Of a DNA stretch of 33,000 bases, positions 11,412-21,697 are shown piece by piece (within the stretch, counting starts at the first letter, position 1; every line of letters begins with the position of its first letter). Source of the DNA: Vicugna vicugna. Lineage: Eukaryota. Both the position numbers and the translations under genes were made by a program. The DNA lies in assembly GCA_013265495.1 (NCBI GenBank), contig MU060486.1, positions 93,001 to 126,000 of the forward strand. Direction: 5' to 3'. The notes under the pieces are model-generated. The model had not been told where the DNA came from and searched no databases. It worked only from the letters and a program-made list of their open reading frames with translations.

Positions 11412-12371
11412 TCCTCAGGAATATAGCCCGAAGAGTCAAAGGGAGGCAGTTTTCAGTTTCAATAGAAGGAACTTTCTAGTTTAGGATCAGACAGAGCTGG
11501 AACTGGGGAGACTTAAAGGCAAAGGGGCGCCTGGCTGTGGGTTAAAACAGAAATGGAAGAGGCTCCATCAGGCACTTGTGCAGGGATGGGGTGTCCTGCG
11601 GGGTTTGCGTGGCTGGCTGGTGGGTCCCCCGATTCCAAGGTGTAAGGTGCTTTCGTTCTACCCCTGCCCACTGCCCTGGCTTTGCCCAGGGCTTCACTCA
11701 GCTGGCTCTGCAACACCTCTGTGAATACGGGTGACGGTGGAAGGGCAGAGTCGGGCAGCAGAGAGGGACCAGGCCGTCCCGATGGTACGTCACCCCATCA
11801 CACAGGGCCCTTTCCTGGGTAGGCTGTCGCAGGCCCACAAACCTTCTCCGTCTAGATTTCACACAGGCCCTTTCCTCTCCTTCCAGTCAAGGGCTGGAAT
11901 TCTCAGTTTAGAAGCTAATTCTCGTTCAAATTAGTTCATCGCACAGGTAGAATTAGAAGCTGGGTGATGATTTGGAAAATACAATCGATTTAGCCCAATC
12001 GTCCTTGCCTGCCAGCTCCCTCTGACAAAGAGGCATTCACTCCCAGGCCCAGTGCTGACAGGAACCGCTGTCCGTGGGAGTGATGTGGGTCTGATAGGAC
12101 ATGGGTGCCAAACGGGCCGAGGGCTGCCTTTACCCCAGGAGGGGCACCGGCCAAGGCCAGGGGGAGGCAGGGTGGGGGGGCTAGGGCCACTCTGCCTGGG
12201 GAAGAAGACCCAGACAGAGCAGGACACTCACCTCTGAGAGGTCAGACTCAATACAGGGCCAGGTCAGCACAAGGCCCCCATCTGGGCCGCTGTCTCCTCA
12301 CATACAACTGGGGAGAGGGGAGACCATATCCTGGGGTTTACTCAGGAACGAACAAGCCCACATAGTGAAAC

Positions 12372-12510
12372 CTCATTTATTCACTCACTCATTTTAATAA
12401 ACATTTACAGCATCTGACTTTCATTAGGCGTCTAGCACATACCAAACACTGTGCTGGGGGAGAGGACTGGTTTGATGAACAAGACACTGTCCGTTCTCCT
12501 GCAGAATTCA
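12372..12510 (-). mobile_element. L2 3' end, antisense
   Basis: CATTTATTCACTCACTCATTTTAATAAACATTTAC...CACTGTGCTGGGG...GATGAACAAGACAC. Confidence 0.7.
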
Positions 12511-12535
12511 TCTGAAATTATACACGGACAGCGGA

Positions 12536-12588
12536 GATGGTGATGATGATGGTAGTGGTGGTGATGGTGGTGATGGTGGTGGAGGTGA
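12536..12588. repeat. Degenerate (GAT/GGT)n trinucleotide repeat
   Basis: GATGGTGATGATGATGGTAGTGGTGGTGATGGTGGTGATGGTGGTGGAGGTGA. Confidence 0.85.
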
Positions 12589-13564
12589 CAATGAGACAGG
12601 CAGTCACCCCAGAAGAGGCCACAGCCCAGTGTCTGGTTTTAATGTGCAGTGAACGACTGTTTCTCCACCCCCACTGCTCATCCTGGCTATGAACTAAGAG
12701 AGATTAAAAAGCTTTTGTACAAAGCAAACAATATACATATTTTATGAAATACATTTCTCTGCCTGTTTAATTATGGGATCTTCAATAGAGGCAGAAAGAT
12801 TCACTGCTCACCACCGAGATGAATGAATAGAGTTTCAGCCCCAGGAGGCCCTTCTGGCCACTGTGACGTCCTGGCTTTCGGCCTGCTGTGGGTCAGAGCA
12901 GGCAGGAGGTCAGCAGTCACAAGGTATGGCCTCCCTGGGCCTCTGTGGGTCCAGCTATAAAGCTAAAATGTCCACTTTCCCTCTGCTTAAGGTTTCTTAA
13001 GCCCAGTTTACCACAAACGAGTCAGCTGCAACTAACAGGATGATAGTGGTTCACCAGGGAATGAGGGGACAGGTCGTCAAGGAGGTCTGCCCCAGGACCT
13101 CTGGTGGTCTCCCCAAGTCCTCTCACTGTCAGGACACCCCATCCTTCCCCTTAGCCCTTAATCTAGAACACGGGCATCCCAGTGCCCCTCAAAAGTGCTG
13201 GGAGTGTCAAAGGTGGTTTCAAGTTGGGGGTCTGTTGTGGCTTCCCATGTGACAGCCGTGCAGTCCTGCCAGGCGGTGTGCAATGACCACGGGTGGCCAG
13301 GTGGAGGGAGGGCTCTGGCACTGCCACATCCATAAGCAAATGCCACTTCACAAGGTGGTTTTCCAGCAACCTACTGGCCCACTTGGAGCTGAGTCATGGA
13401 GCCCACATCCAGGTTCCAGCAGGTGGGCAGCAGCGTGCAGAGGGCGCTGGAATTTGACCTGGGGAGCCCTGCACCAGGGTCTCACCCTGCCTCCTCTGCA
13501 GCAAGAACACAGCACCTGGGTCACAGCAGCATCTTCACCCGACTCTTTAGCTGTCCCTCCTCCG

Positions 13565-13645
13565 TGTCAGACTGTGAGCTCACTGAGGGTAAGTAAATGG
13601 GCTGCCCAGAAACCAGCTCGATAAACGTCATCTGAACAAGTGAAC
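13565..13645 (+). mobile_element. L2 3'-end fragment
   Basis: CAGACTGTGAGCTCACTGAGGG and CTCGATAAACGTC resemble L2 CTAGACTGTGAGCTCCTTGAGGG and CTCAATAAATG. Confidence 0.5.
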
Positions 13646-14890
13646 TTTTTTTAAAATAGAGAGAACAGAAAGAGGAGAACACATAGGACCACTGGTCCTT
13701 AATGACCTCTAATCCTGGGAGTTGGAGGACCTGAGATGCCCCTGGTCGGCAGAAACACCATCACTACTCTTCCACCCACTCACGGCAAACGTCTCCAGTG
13801 GCCCACGGCCTGTGTCCTGCTCCCCGCGTGGCTCAGACTTCACACCGTGTCCCCACACTCACAACCAGCCTGCTGATGCGTCCCCTTGGTGTCCCTCAGT
13901 CCCCTCACCTGGAACACAGGCCCTCCTGACCTTCTCCAATCCTCCCCCAAACATCTCGTTCTCCTCGAAGCCTCTCTGAGCAGTCACTTTAAGGACAATC
14001 CTGTCCTCTTTAAGAAACACAGCTCTGGGGCCTGGAAACAGGGCTCTCTGTGGATGTGAGCCCAGCAGCCCCCATGACATGAGGCTCTCCTGCCTAGCCC
14101 AGGGGGCTTCCCGAGTCCTGATACTGCTGGCGTCCAGATGTCAGAACACATGTCGCGTGAGTGGCGCTGGCCTCGGTGCTGAAGCGCACACATGTAGATG
14201 TGAGACTGTAAAACCTGCGTTACTGAAGATTTAAGATGTTTGCTCTGCCAAATGACGGATTGGAGACCATAAAGCCCCAGATGACCATCCGTTTGCAGAA
14301 AGCTGAGCTGGAGAATCAGGGCTGTCAGATGTGTGCTCTGACCCCGAGGGCCCCTCCAGTGGGCTCCCTAACTCCTGCCCTTCATCCATCGTGGGCTGTG
14401 TGAGGACAGGTCACCCACCGGCCTGCAGAGATCCAAGAGATCCTCAGACGGGGAAAGCCCTCAAGTGACACGCGCTTTCCCAGTTCCAGGCCCGGGTGCA
14501 GCCACCCCCACATCCTGGGGGTTCAGGACTGCCATCCCTGGGGTCTCACCGGACGGCCTGCTGCTGGGACGTGTCCAGCCCTTCCAGTGGCCTCGCCCCT
14601 CACTTCTTCCCAACCCTGAGGAAAAGCCTGGTCCTCGGTCCACACCTTTTCCACGCATCCGTTCACACTTCCCCTCCCTCGCTTCCCAGAAATCGTGACA
14701 GATTTGGTGGCCTTAGCAGGGCCAGCCCCTTCTGCTTCCTGTGATCGATGAGGCTGTTGGGGAGCCCCCAGTGTGCATTCTCTCTCCTGGTCACCATCAC
14801 CACACCAGGACACTGCAGGGTGGGAAGGAGCATCGAGGCCCAGCAACTCTGAGCATCCCCTCCCCAGTGTCTGCCATTCTCTTGGCTCCC

Positions 14891-14949
14891 AGGGAAGGAA
14901 GGAAGGGAGGGAGGAGGGAGGGAGGAGGGAGGGAGGAGGAAGGGAGGAA
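14891..14949. repeat. 59-nt homopurine tract containing (GGGAGGGAGGA)3
   Basis: No pyrimidines from 14891 to 14949; three perfect 11-mers at 14905-14937. Confidence 0.9.
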
Positions 14950-16004
14950 TTCACAGGCCTGGAGAATCCTGAGAGAGAGGAGAGAGATCTGCTTCTGATA
15001 CTCTGAGCACAACATTTCCCAAATCTGTTAACACAAAACTTCTCTTTCAAAATATGCCTGGTAAAAATTCACTACTCTAAGTCTGAAATTTACCGGCACC
15101 TGTCCTAGTCTCCTCTTCCTCCTCTCACACCCAAGCAGCACCCTAGGCGATGACAAAAAGGACTTGGAGGCTACAGGCCATGGCCATCCCCACTCCGCTC
15201 CTACTTTCTGCTATCCGCAGCAGCCCCTGCCCCAGCTCGGTCTGCCCCCAGACAACCCACCCCTCTGCCAGCCTCTTCCCTTCGAAGAATCCGGGGGATT
15301 CACATGGGAAGTGACGAAGCTGGAATGCAGGAGCCCTGGGCTGAGAGGACCACGGGACGGAAAGCAGGAGTTCTGTCTTTAGTCTCCCTGTTTTCAGCCC
15401 CTGGTCCAGCTCCCGGCAGGAGAGTGGATGAGTGAGTGAGTGAGTGAAATCAAAGCCCCATAAGGGAAGACTCAATCTCTTCCTCAGCTCTTCCAAATCC
15501 CAGAAAGGTGCCGCCCTGGCCGTGGGGAGGCTGGGAGGAGAGTCAGCACCCCTCACATTGCTGACAGCCTCTCTCGGAGGACGTGAGTGCGAGGATGCTC
15601 CCACCCCCACCACCCTGCCCTGTCCCCCCACACCCCCACCAGCGCTTGCTGGATCTTGTCCCTCAGACACACTGAGCCCCTCCTACCTCCCAGCTTGGCC
15701 AGCTGCATCCCCTCACCCGGCTCTGGTCTCCAGCTCCTCCCGCAGCTGGCCCTCTACCTGCTGATCAGTGCTCAACGCTGACCTCTCAGAGGCTGCCCCT
15801 GATGCTCCTCTGTGAGGAGCCTCCCCAGGCTCTCCCCAGCTCTTCACCCCACCTGCCAGCTCCCATCCCACACATGCTTCGGCACCATGTTTATTCTGTT
15901 GCTCTGCGTGCCTCCCACCCAGCAGCACACGCGATTCTCACATGACGACAGCATGCGCCCTGGAGCTAGACTGCCCGCTCCAGACACCACCTTCGTCACC
16001 TACG

Positions 16005-16110
16005 AACACGTGACCTTGGCTCGCTTGTCCAGATACTATGCCTCAGGTTCCTGACCTACAAAGCGGAATTTATAATGGAGCCTCTCATAAGCAGCACCTC
16101 ACAGCGATAC
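16005..16110 (+). mobile_element. MIR SINE
   Basis: GTGACCTTGGCTCGC...TGCCTCAGGTTCCTGACCTACAAAGCGGAATTTATAAT...CTCATA. Confidence 0.6.
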
Positions 16111-17848
16111 CTTGTGTCATGAGCCCAGCTGAGGCACGTGGAGGCTGAGAGCACTGCTCCAGGGAAGGGCCTACTCCGAGTTTACCTTCCCAGTGGCTGT
16201 TAGGTACTGCATGTCACCACTGCCATGACCTGATGCCCAGAACAGTGCCTGGCGCACCCCACATGCTCAGAACGGGCATCAGGTGTCGGCTGGACACCTG
16301 CAAGGGTGCACACATGACCAAGAGTCTCCAGATGAGTCGGAAGGGGCCTGGAGAACCACTGCTGGAGGTCCAGGGAGTGCCTGGGCACCAGGAGGGGCTG
16401 CAGGGAGAGGGCGGGGGGGCCGGAGCTGGGTCGTGGGGCCTGGGGGCCTGAGGGCCCGCCCTGAGACGGGCCCAGGCCTGGGTGGTGAGGGGTTCCGGAG
16501 GGACTAGAGGCAGCGGGCTCCGGGGGGCAGTTAGGTGGAGTGGGGGGGTCGTGGGGCAACGTGGGTTGCTTTCTCTTCCCCAGGAGAACAGAGACTAGTC
16601 CCACGTTTGCCTCTGATAGATTCTCCTCCAAGTCACAAGACCCTCCCACTGCCTCTCAGGCCTCCCTCAGCTGCAGGGGAACAAAGCCAGACAAAAGTCC
16701 TCTCACCGAAGACGTCTGAAGCCACCGACAGTCCCTTCCTGTGGATGCAGAGATTTGATGCCGCCACAGGAGGGAGGGAGAGGAGAGGGCACTGGGAGTC
16801 CTGGTGACCAAAGGACCGTTTCCAGTTTGTTATGTGAAACGAGGACTTCAGGGTCCAGAGCTCCGCCCAGAGCCCTCCCAGTGAAGGGGAAGAGTTAAAG
16901 GCCTCCGCTCATCTCTCTGGGCCAGGAGAAGTCTGCACACAGCCAGCCAGAGCCCCGCGGGCCGCTTGACGAGTGCCTGCCAGATGCTCCGGACTCCTCG
17001 GGGAGCTCCCTGCCTGCCCCAACCCAGATGTCCCCTCCCACCACCCTCCGAGAGCAGGGCGGTGCACCTGCCTGGACCCTCACACCCACATCCCAGAACC
17101 ACTGCTGTAGGTCCAGGGGGTGCTCGATGGCTCCCTAGAAATGGGGGTCCCAACAATGAGACAGCTGAGGAGGGTGCTGGATTCCAGGTGGGCAGGGGGC
17201 ACCCACTGCTTTCTGGCACCTCTCTGAGGGTGGGGGGGTGAGCCGAGAGGGAAGGGCTGTTGGAAAAGGAAGCATCCTTACAAATCAGGAGCAGAACAAA
17301 GCTCCTGCAGAGAGAGAGGCCAAGACAGAGGGAGCCCACAAGGGGAACAATTAACTGATAAGAGCAAGCTAATTGTTATTCATATTAAATTAGGGCACAG
17401 GTGATTTGGAGAAAACCCACAGACCCTTCCAGATGTCCTGCGAGTTCTGCACTGCAGATGATGGTTTTATGGAACTCTTCTGGGAGTTGGATTGCAGAAG
17501 CTGGGCCTGGACCAGAGCGGGGCAGGGCTCCCGTCCTGCTTAACTACACAGTAAACACATAACAGCTTGTCCCAGAGGACAGACCCGGCTTTGCATACTA
17601 AACATTGCGGGGCTAGGCTCTGGGGGCCTCTGAGAGGGGGGCTCGCTCCTGGCAGCAGAGGAGTGAGGAAGGAAGAGCAGTCACTCAGGAGACCCAGGGC
17701 TGCTCCAGATGTTCCAAGCATGACTAAGTGAGGGGAGGCTGGAAATCCAGATGTGGAAAGCAGGGATTCCCACGGAACTGCAGAGGCCAACAGGAAGACA
17801 GGAAAAGCGTAGGAAGGCAGCAGTGCAGCCAACCACTGTGCGGGGACT

Positions 17849-17990
17849 CCTGTGTGTGTGCACACACGTCTGCCCGTGTGCAGGTGGGCGCACATGTGCA
17901 CATGTGCCTTCGAGGTATAGGAGTGTGTAGTTGTGTGTGTCTGTGCATGTATCAGCCACTGTGTGCATATTTCCTGTCCCCAGAGCCGTC
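17849..17990. repeat. Degenerate TG/CA-rich repeat
   Basis: TGTGTG, GCACAC and CATGTG units; includes an 18-bp palindrome at 17890-17907. Confidence 0.7.
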
Positions 17991-18523
17991 TGTGTATCTC
18001 TGTGCGTCCGTGCACTTGGGGTGATGCCAAAACTTCCCACTCAAACTAACAGCAGGCTGTTCTCTCTTCACTGAGGCTTATGCTAATTTTAATCCCACAT
18101 TACTGTTCTTATTTGGCTCTAAAAATTAATATTTAAAAATTCCATAAGCAGGGCCTGGGGCTAAATTACAAGATAGGTCCTCCTGGAAAGGGGTTTATTG
18201 TCACTGTTGTTCTTCCAAGAATGGTGAGGGTACAGCCAGTCACCCCACCTGTCCCATCTGCCTACCCTCCCGCTAGATGAAGGGCGAGCAGCCTGACACC
18301 TGCAGAGAGGGCCCTTGGTCACAGTGGTCAGGACCAGACAGGACTCAGAGCAGGCAGTCCAACCCCTGGATTGACTGCTTCTGAAGAGACTGGCAGCCAG
18401 AGTGTGTCACTCAGGCAGGGCCTCCACACGGCCTCCTCCCAGGGCCTTGTCCTGGGGGAGCTGATGGAGAGATGGGGTGGCTCTGTCATGCCTTCACACC
18501 CTCCTGGGTGTGTGGGTTCTGGT

Positions 18524-19213
18524 TGTTGTGGGTTTTGTCCAGCAAAAGTCCCACCGCGGAAGAACGAGATTACTCAAGACTTTATTAAGTCAAGAGAGTG
18601 AGAGGGAGCTAGAGACCAACTCTCCGAGCTCCTCCAAAGCTCTTGTATTTACTGAGAATAGTCAAACAAAAGAATCAGAGTGAAATACGTCATAGGAATA
18701 AAGGGCATGGTACACCTGCAGGGATGCAGGCCAGCAGTTTCAGTTAGTGAAAAGCAGAAACATTATAATCTTAATTTATACTTAGAAGGTTACGATATTG
18801 ATAGTACAAATGATTATTTTAAACCTCAATCATGAGCAAGGTTACAGTGTTCCGAATAATTGATAATGAAAACCCAGACCACCACAGAGTCTCCATACTA
18901 TGATCAGAAATTGTCGAAGTACGCGAAGCAGCCCAGCTGTCCCCAGCTGAGGCCTAAGTCACGGTCTTCGGTGAGCAAGAGTGGCCCACACTATCCACCT
19001 GCGCCTGATGAGCGAAGCATGTCCTGCCGGTTAGGGCAGGGGACAAGCTACGGTTTTCCATAAGCACAAGTGGCCCTGAATCTATGACCTCGAACTAAGC
19101 AAAGCAAGCAGAGCATGTCTCTGCTTTCTATGGCGAGGAGACAGTTTGCAGCAGATTCTGCTAGCAAAGCAGCTTCAAGGCAACTAAGCTAAGTTCCCCA
19201 GATGAGGTGGTGA
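18524..19213 (-). mobile_element. Solo ERV LTR (~690 bp), ERV2/betaretrovirus-like layout
   Basis: Sharp AT-richer block. On the minus strand a TATA-like TAAATA (18651-18646) is followed by AATAAA (18587-18582) and the terminus ...GCTGGACAAAACCCACAACA. Candidate 5-bp TSD CTGGT at 18519-18523 and 19214-19218, which leaves a non-canonical right end (GA rather than CA). An alternative right end is the CA at 19200, without a TSD. No primer-binding site follows the LTR. Confidence 0.72.
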
Positions 19214-19322
19214 CTGGTACTGAGAGTTTAGTGTTTTGTGCTCTCAGACATTTTGCTTTGAGGTAGCTGCATAATGACAAATATAGAAAGCACTGGTTTT
19301 GATTATACATTTCTTATGCTCT

Positions 19323-19356
19323 TACATAAAGATGAGAATACATAAAGGTGAGAATA
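19323..19356. repeat. 16-bp tandem duplication
   Basis: TACATAAAGATGAGAA / TACATAAAGGTGAGAA / TA, one mismatch. Confidence 0.8.
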
Positions 19357-19419
19357 TGATTTGGTAAAAGCAATTTTTACAATATCAAAGTTAGATAAGC
19401 CAAGTTTGTGCTCCCACAC

Positions 19420-19480
19420 AGGTGAGCCCCCTGGGGGCCTCCATCTCCCTGCTTGTAAAATGAGGTGAGGGACCTGGAGG
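19420..19480 (+). mobile_element. MIR fragment
   Basis: GGGCCTCCATCTCCCTGCTTGTAAAATGAGG matches the MIR core. Confidence 0.4.
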
Positions 19481-21392
19481 GGCTCTGGGGGGTTTCTGGG
19501 GAGGGAGGCAGTTTGTACTCAAGCAAAGTGGTGGCCAGGCCCCTCTTCTGGGCTCATCTGGGCAGCCCTCCCCTCTCCAGTCAATGTGGAGGCAAGGAGA
19601 ACTCGGAATCAGAAAGGTTCTCTCAGCAGAGTCTCAAGGAGCAAGGATTATCGAAACAGGGGAGGAAAAAGCAGGGCAGGACTTGCTGTAATTCCTGCCT
19701 CTTTAAGAGAATGAGGACAGGATCCTGCACTGCAGCAGGACATACTCAGGTTAGATTTGGCAGAACTTCCTTGATGGCAAAGAAGGCTGTTAAACACAGG
19801 GACAAAAGAAGCGGTGAGAGGGAGGGACGTTGTCCTTACAAGCATAATTAGTTATATTTTCATGTGTTCCTGAGGTGGTGTGCATGGTGGGACCCCTTCC
19901 TCACCTCAAGGTCTTGAACAAAGTAGCTGATTCTGAAGCCCCTGGTCCCACCTGATCCACCCACCACACATACTCAGAAGGAGTAGGGCTGCATACTGAG
20001 CAGGGCAGAGAAGGTGATGGGAAATGGGTCCACAGTACATAGAAACACACTGCCTGGTGGTGCCACTTTGATCCAGCAACACAGACAGTGGGTCTAGAGT
20101 TGTCACCACGTGAGGGAAGGAGTCCTCAGACCTGATGGGAGAGTCTGAGCTACTAGAAGCACTGACATCCTCTGGTCCCGCTAAGGTCAGAACCCACCTA
20201 CTGGAGCTGCCTTCTGGGGCTGTGAGGCGAACACAGGGTGGCCCTGACAACTGGTGTCTAGTAGGAGGACCAGCCAGGGATGCAAACCCTAAAAACATAT
20301 GTTGGATAAGTCTCTGGCAACTTGATAAAAGAGCATTGGGAAGTGTCCCCATAGATGACTGCGTGTCACGGCTACATCTGCACCCCATACACACATGCAC
20401 ACACGTGTGCACACCCAGGACTCACTGGTTGCACATTCTCCAGCCCACCCAGCACATGCAGGCAGGAAACATGCAGGGGCTTCTTTGCCCAAGGAGCCCT
20501 GGGAAATTCCTGGGCAGCCTGCCGGTCCCGCTGCTCCTCTCTGCTCCCTTTCCAGCCTCTCTCCAGCCCCCACGCTGCCTGCCGGTTGCCTTTTCTTTGG
20601 AATGTCCAGTGCACTGGGGTGAGGGGGAGTGGGGATGTCGAGAAGGACACACAGCAGCTTGGCAGGCCTTCGGAAAGCAGCAGTGCTGACAGGTGCGGCC
20701 CCCCTATAGGCCGGAGCCTGAGACACCCATCTCCACCCAACAGGCACCCCGGTATCTCGGCAGGTACCAGTTGCCCCACCAGCCATCTCCCTCTCCGGGT
20801 TCTTGAAGCCAAGGGGGAGCGGCACCCTCCCCGCTCCTGGCTCTGCCTCTCGGTCCCAGAGAACCGCCCCCCAACTGCCCAGCCCGGAAACAATCACCCT
20901 TTGAGAAAGCCTGCCAAGCCGGGCGCCAGGAGCCGCCGGTATGCAGGCGGGGTGGGGGTGGGGGGCTTTAACTCCAGAGAGCGAGGCCCAGAGATGTCGC
21001 TCCGCCCGCAGCCCCGGCTCCAGCGTGCAGCGCCGGGGCCGCCTCCGCCGGGGAGGGCGCGGGGGTGCTACCAATCCGGGGGTCCCTTCCCTCCGCGCCC
21101 CCGCCTCAGCGGACGAGGTTGGTACCGACCATCAGCCGCGCGGGTCCCGCCGGCAGCTGGCGCTCGCTCGGGGCGGGGGCGGGGAGACTCCGCGCCGGCC
21201 CGGTCGGCTGGGCTCCGGCCGCGCGCCCCGGCCCCCGCGCCCCCGCTCTGCGCTCCCGGGGCCCGCCCGCCCCACTCCCCTCTGCGCCTCCGGCCTCCCT
21301 GCCCGGCTCCCCTCCCCACGCCCCTTCTGAGCTAAGCGCAGAAAGGCCGGGCCGGGCCGGGGCGGCGGGCGGACGGCGCGGACCTAGCGGCT

Positions 21393-21491
21393 ATGAAGGG
21401 GCCCCCGGGGGCCCGCAGCCCGAGAGCCCCCCGGGACGGAGGCGCGCGCGGCCGGGGCCAGCAGCCTGGGGTCGCCGGGGCTGGAGCGTAG
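21393..21491 (+). CDS. Upstream ORF, 32 aa (MKGPPGARSPRAPRDGGARGRGQQPGVAGAGA*)
   Basis: ATG in GCTATGA context (G at -3), TAG at 21489-21491, in frame with the ATG at 21507 (114 nt apart). Translation is not demonstrated. Confidence 0.45.
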   Translation: MKGPPGARSPRAPRDGGARGRGQQPGVAGAGA

Positions 21492-21506
21492 GGGCTGCCG
21501 CCCGCG

Positions 21507-21545
21507 ATGGACCTCACCGGGATCGATCTGGACTCGCCGCCGCAG
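21507..21545 (+). CDS. Putative coding part of exon 1 (MDLTGIDLDSPPQ, phase-0 intron); product unknown
   Basis: Strong Kozak context GCGATGG and donor CAG|GTCAGT. No convincing phase-0 exon 2 in 21546-33000, so the intron would be at least 11.4 kb. The exon could instead be non-coding. Confidence 0.45.
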
Positions 21546-21618
21546 GTCAGTGCCCCCCGCCGCCGCTCACAGAGCCCCTTTATGCGTCCGCATCAGTACC
21601 CGCGCCATGTCCTCCTGG

Positions 21619-21697
21619 GCGCGTGTGCGCGCGCGCGTGTGTGTGTGTGTGTGTGTGTGCTTATGTGCGTGTGTGTGTTTGTGTGTGTGGCTGTGCG
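21619..21697. repeat. (GC)n(GT)n compound microsatellite in intron 1
   Basis: 21619-21660 is 42 bp of perfect alternation, GCGCGTGTGCGCGCGCGCGTGTGTGTGTGTGTGTGTGTGTGC, followed by a degenerate TG tail. Confidence 0.92.

Noticed and set aside
11799-11876. Near-perfect 17-18 bp direct repeat CACACAG(G)GCCCTTTCCT, 61 bp apart
   Set aside because: Only two copies and too short a spacer for an element or array; a probable local duplication.
11964-12024. C/D snoRNA-like GTGATGA...CTGA
   Set aside because: No terminal stem, no recognisable guide, and it is not within an evident host intron.
12064-12084. REST/NRSF RE1-like site (CCGCTGTCCGTGGGAGTGA)
   Set aside because: 15/21 match, but the mismatches fall in the essential GGTGCTGA half.
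13396-13596. 66-aa ORF ending at a GAGG|GTAAGT donor
   Set aside because: The donor sits in an L2 3'-end remnant, the peptide is not recognisable, and there is no promoter evidence.
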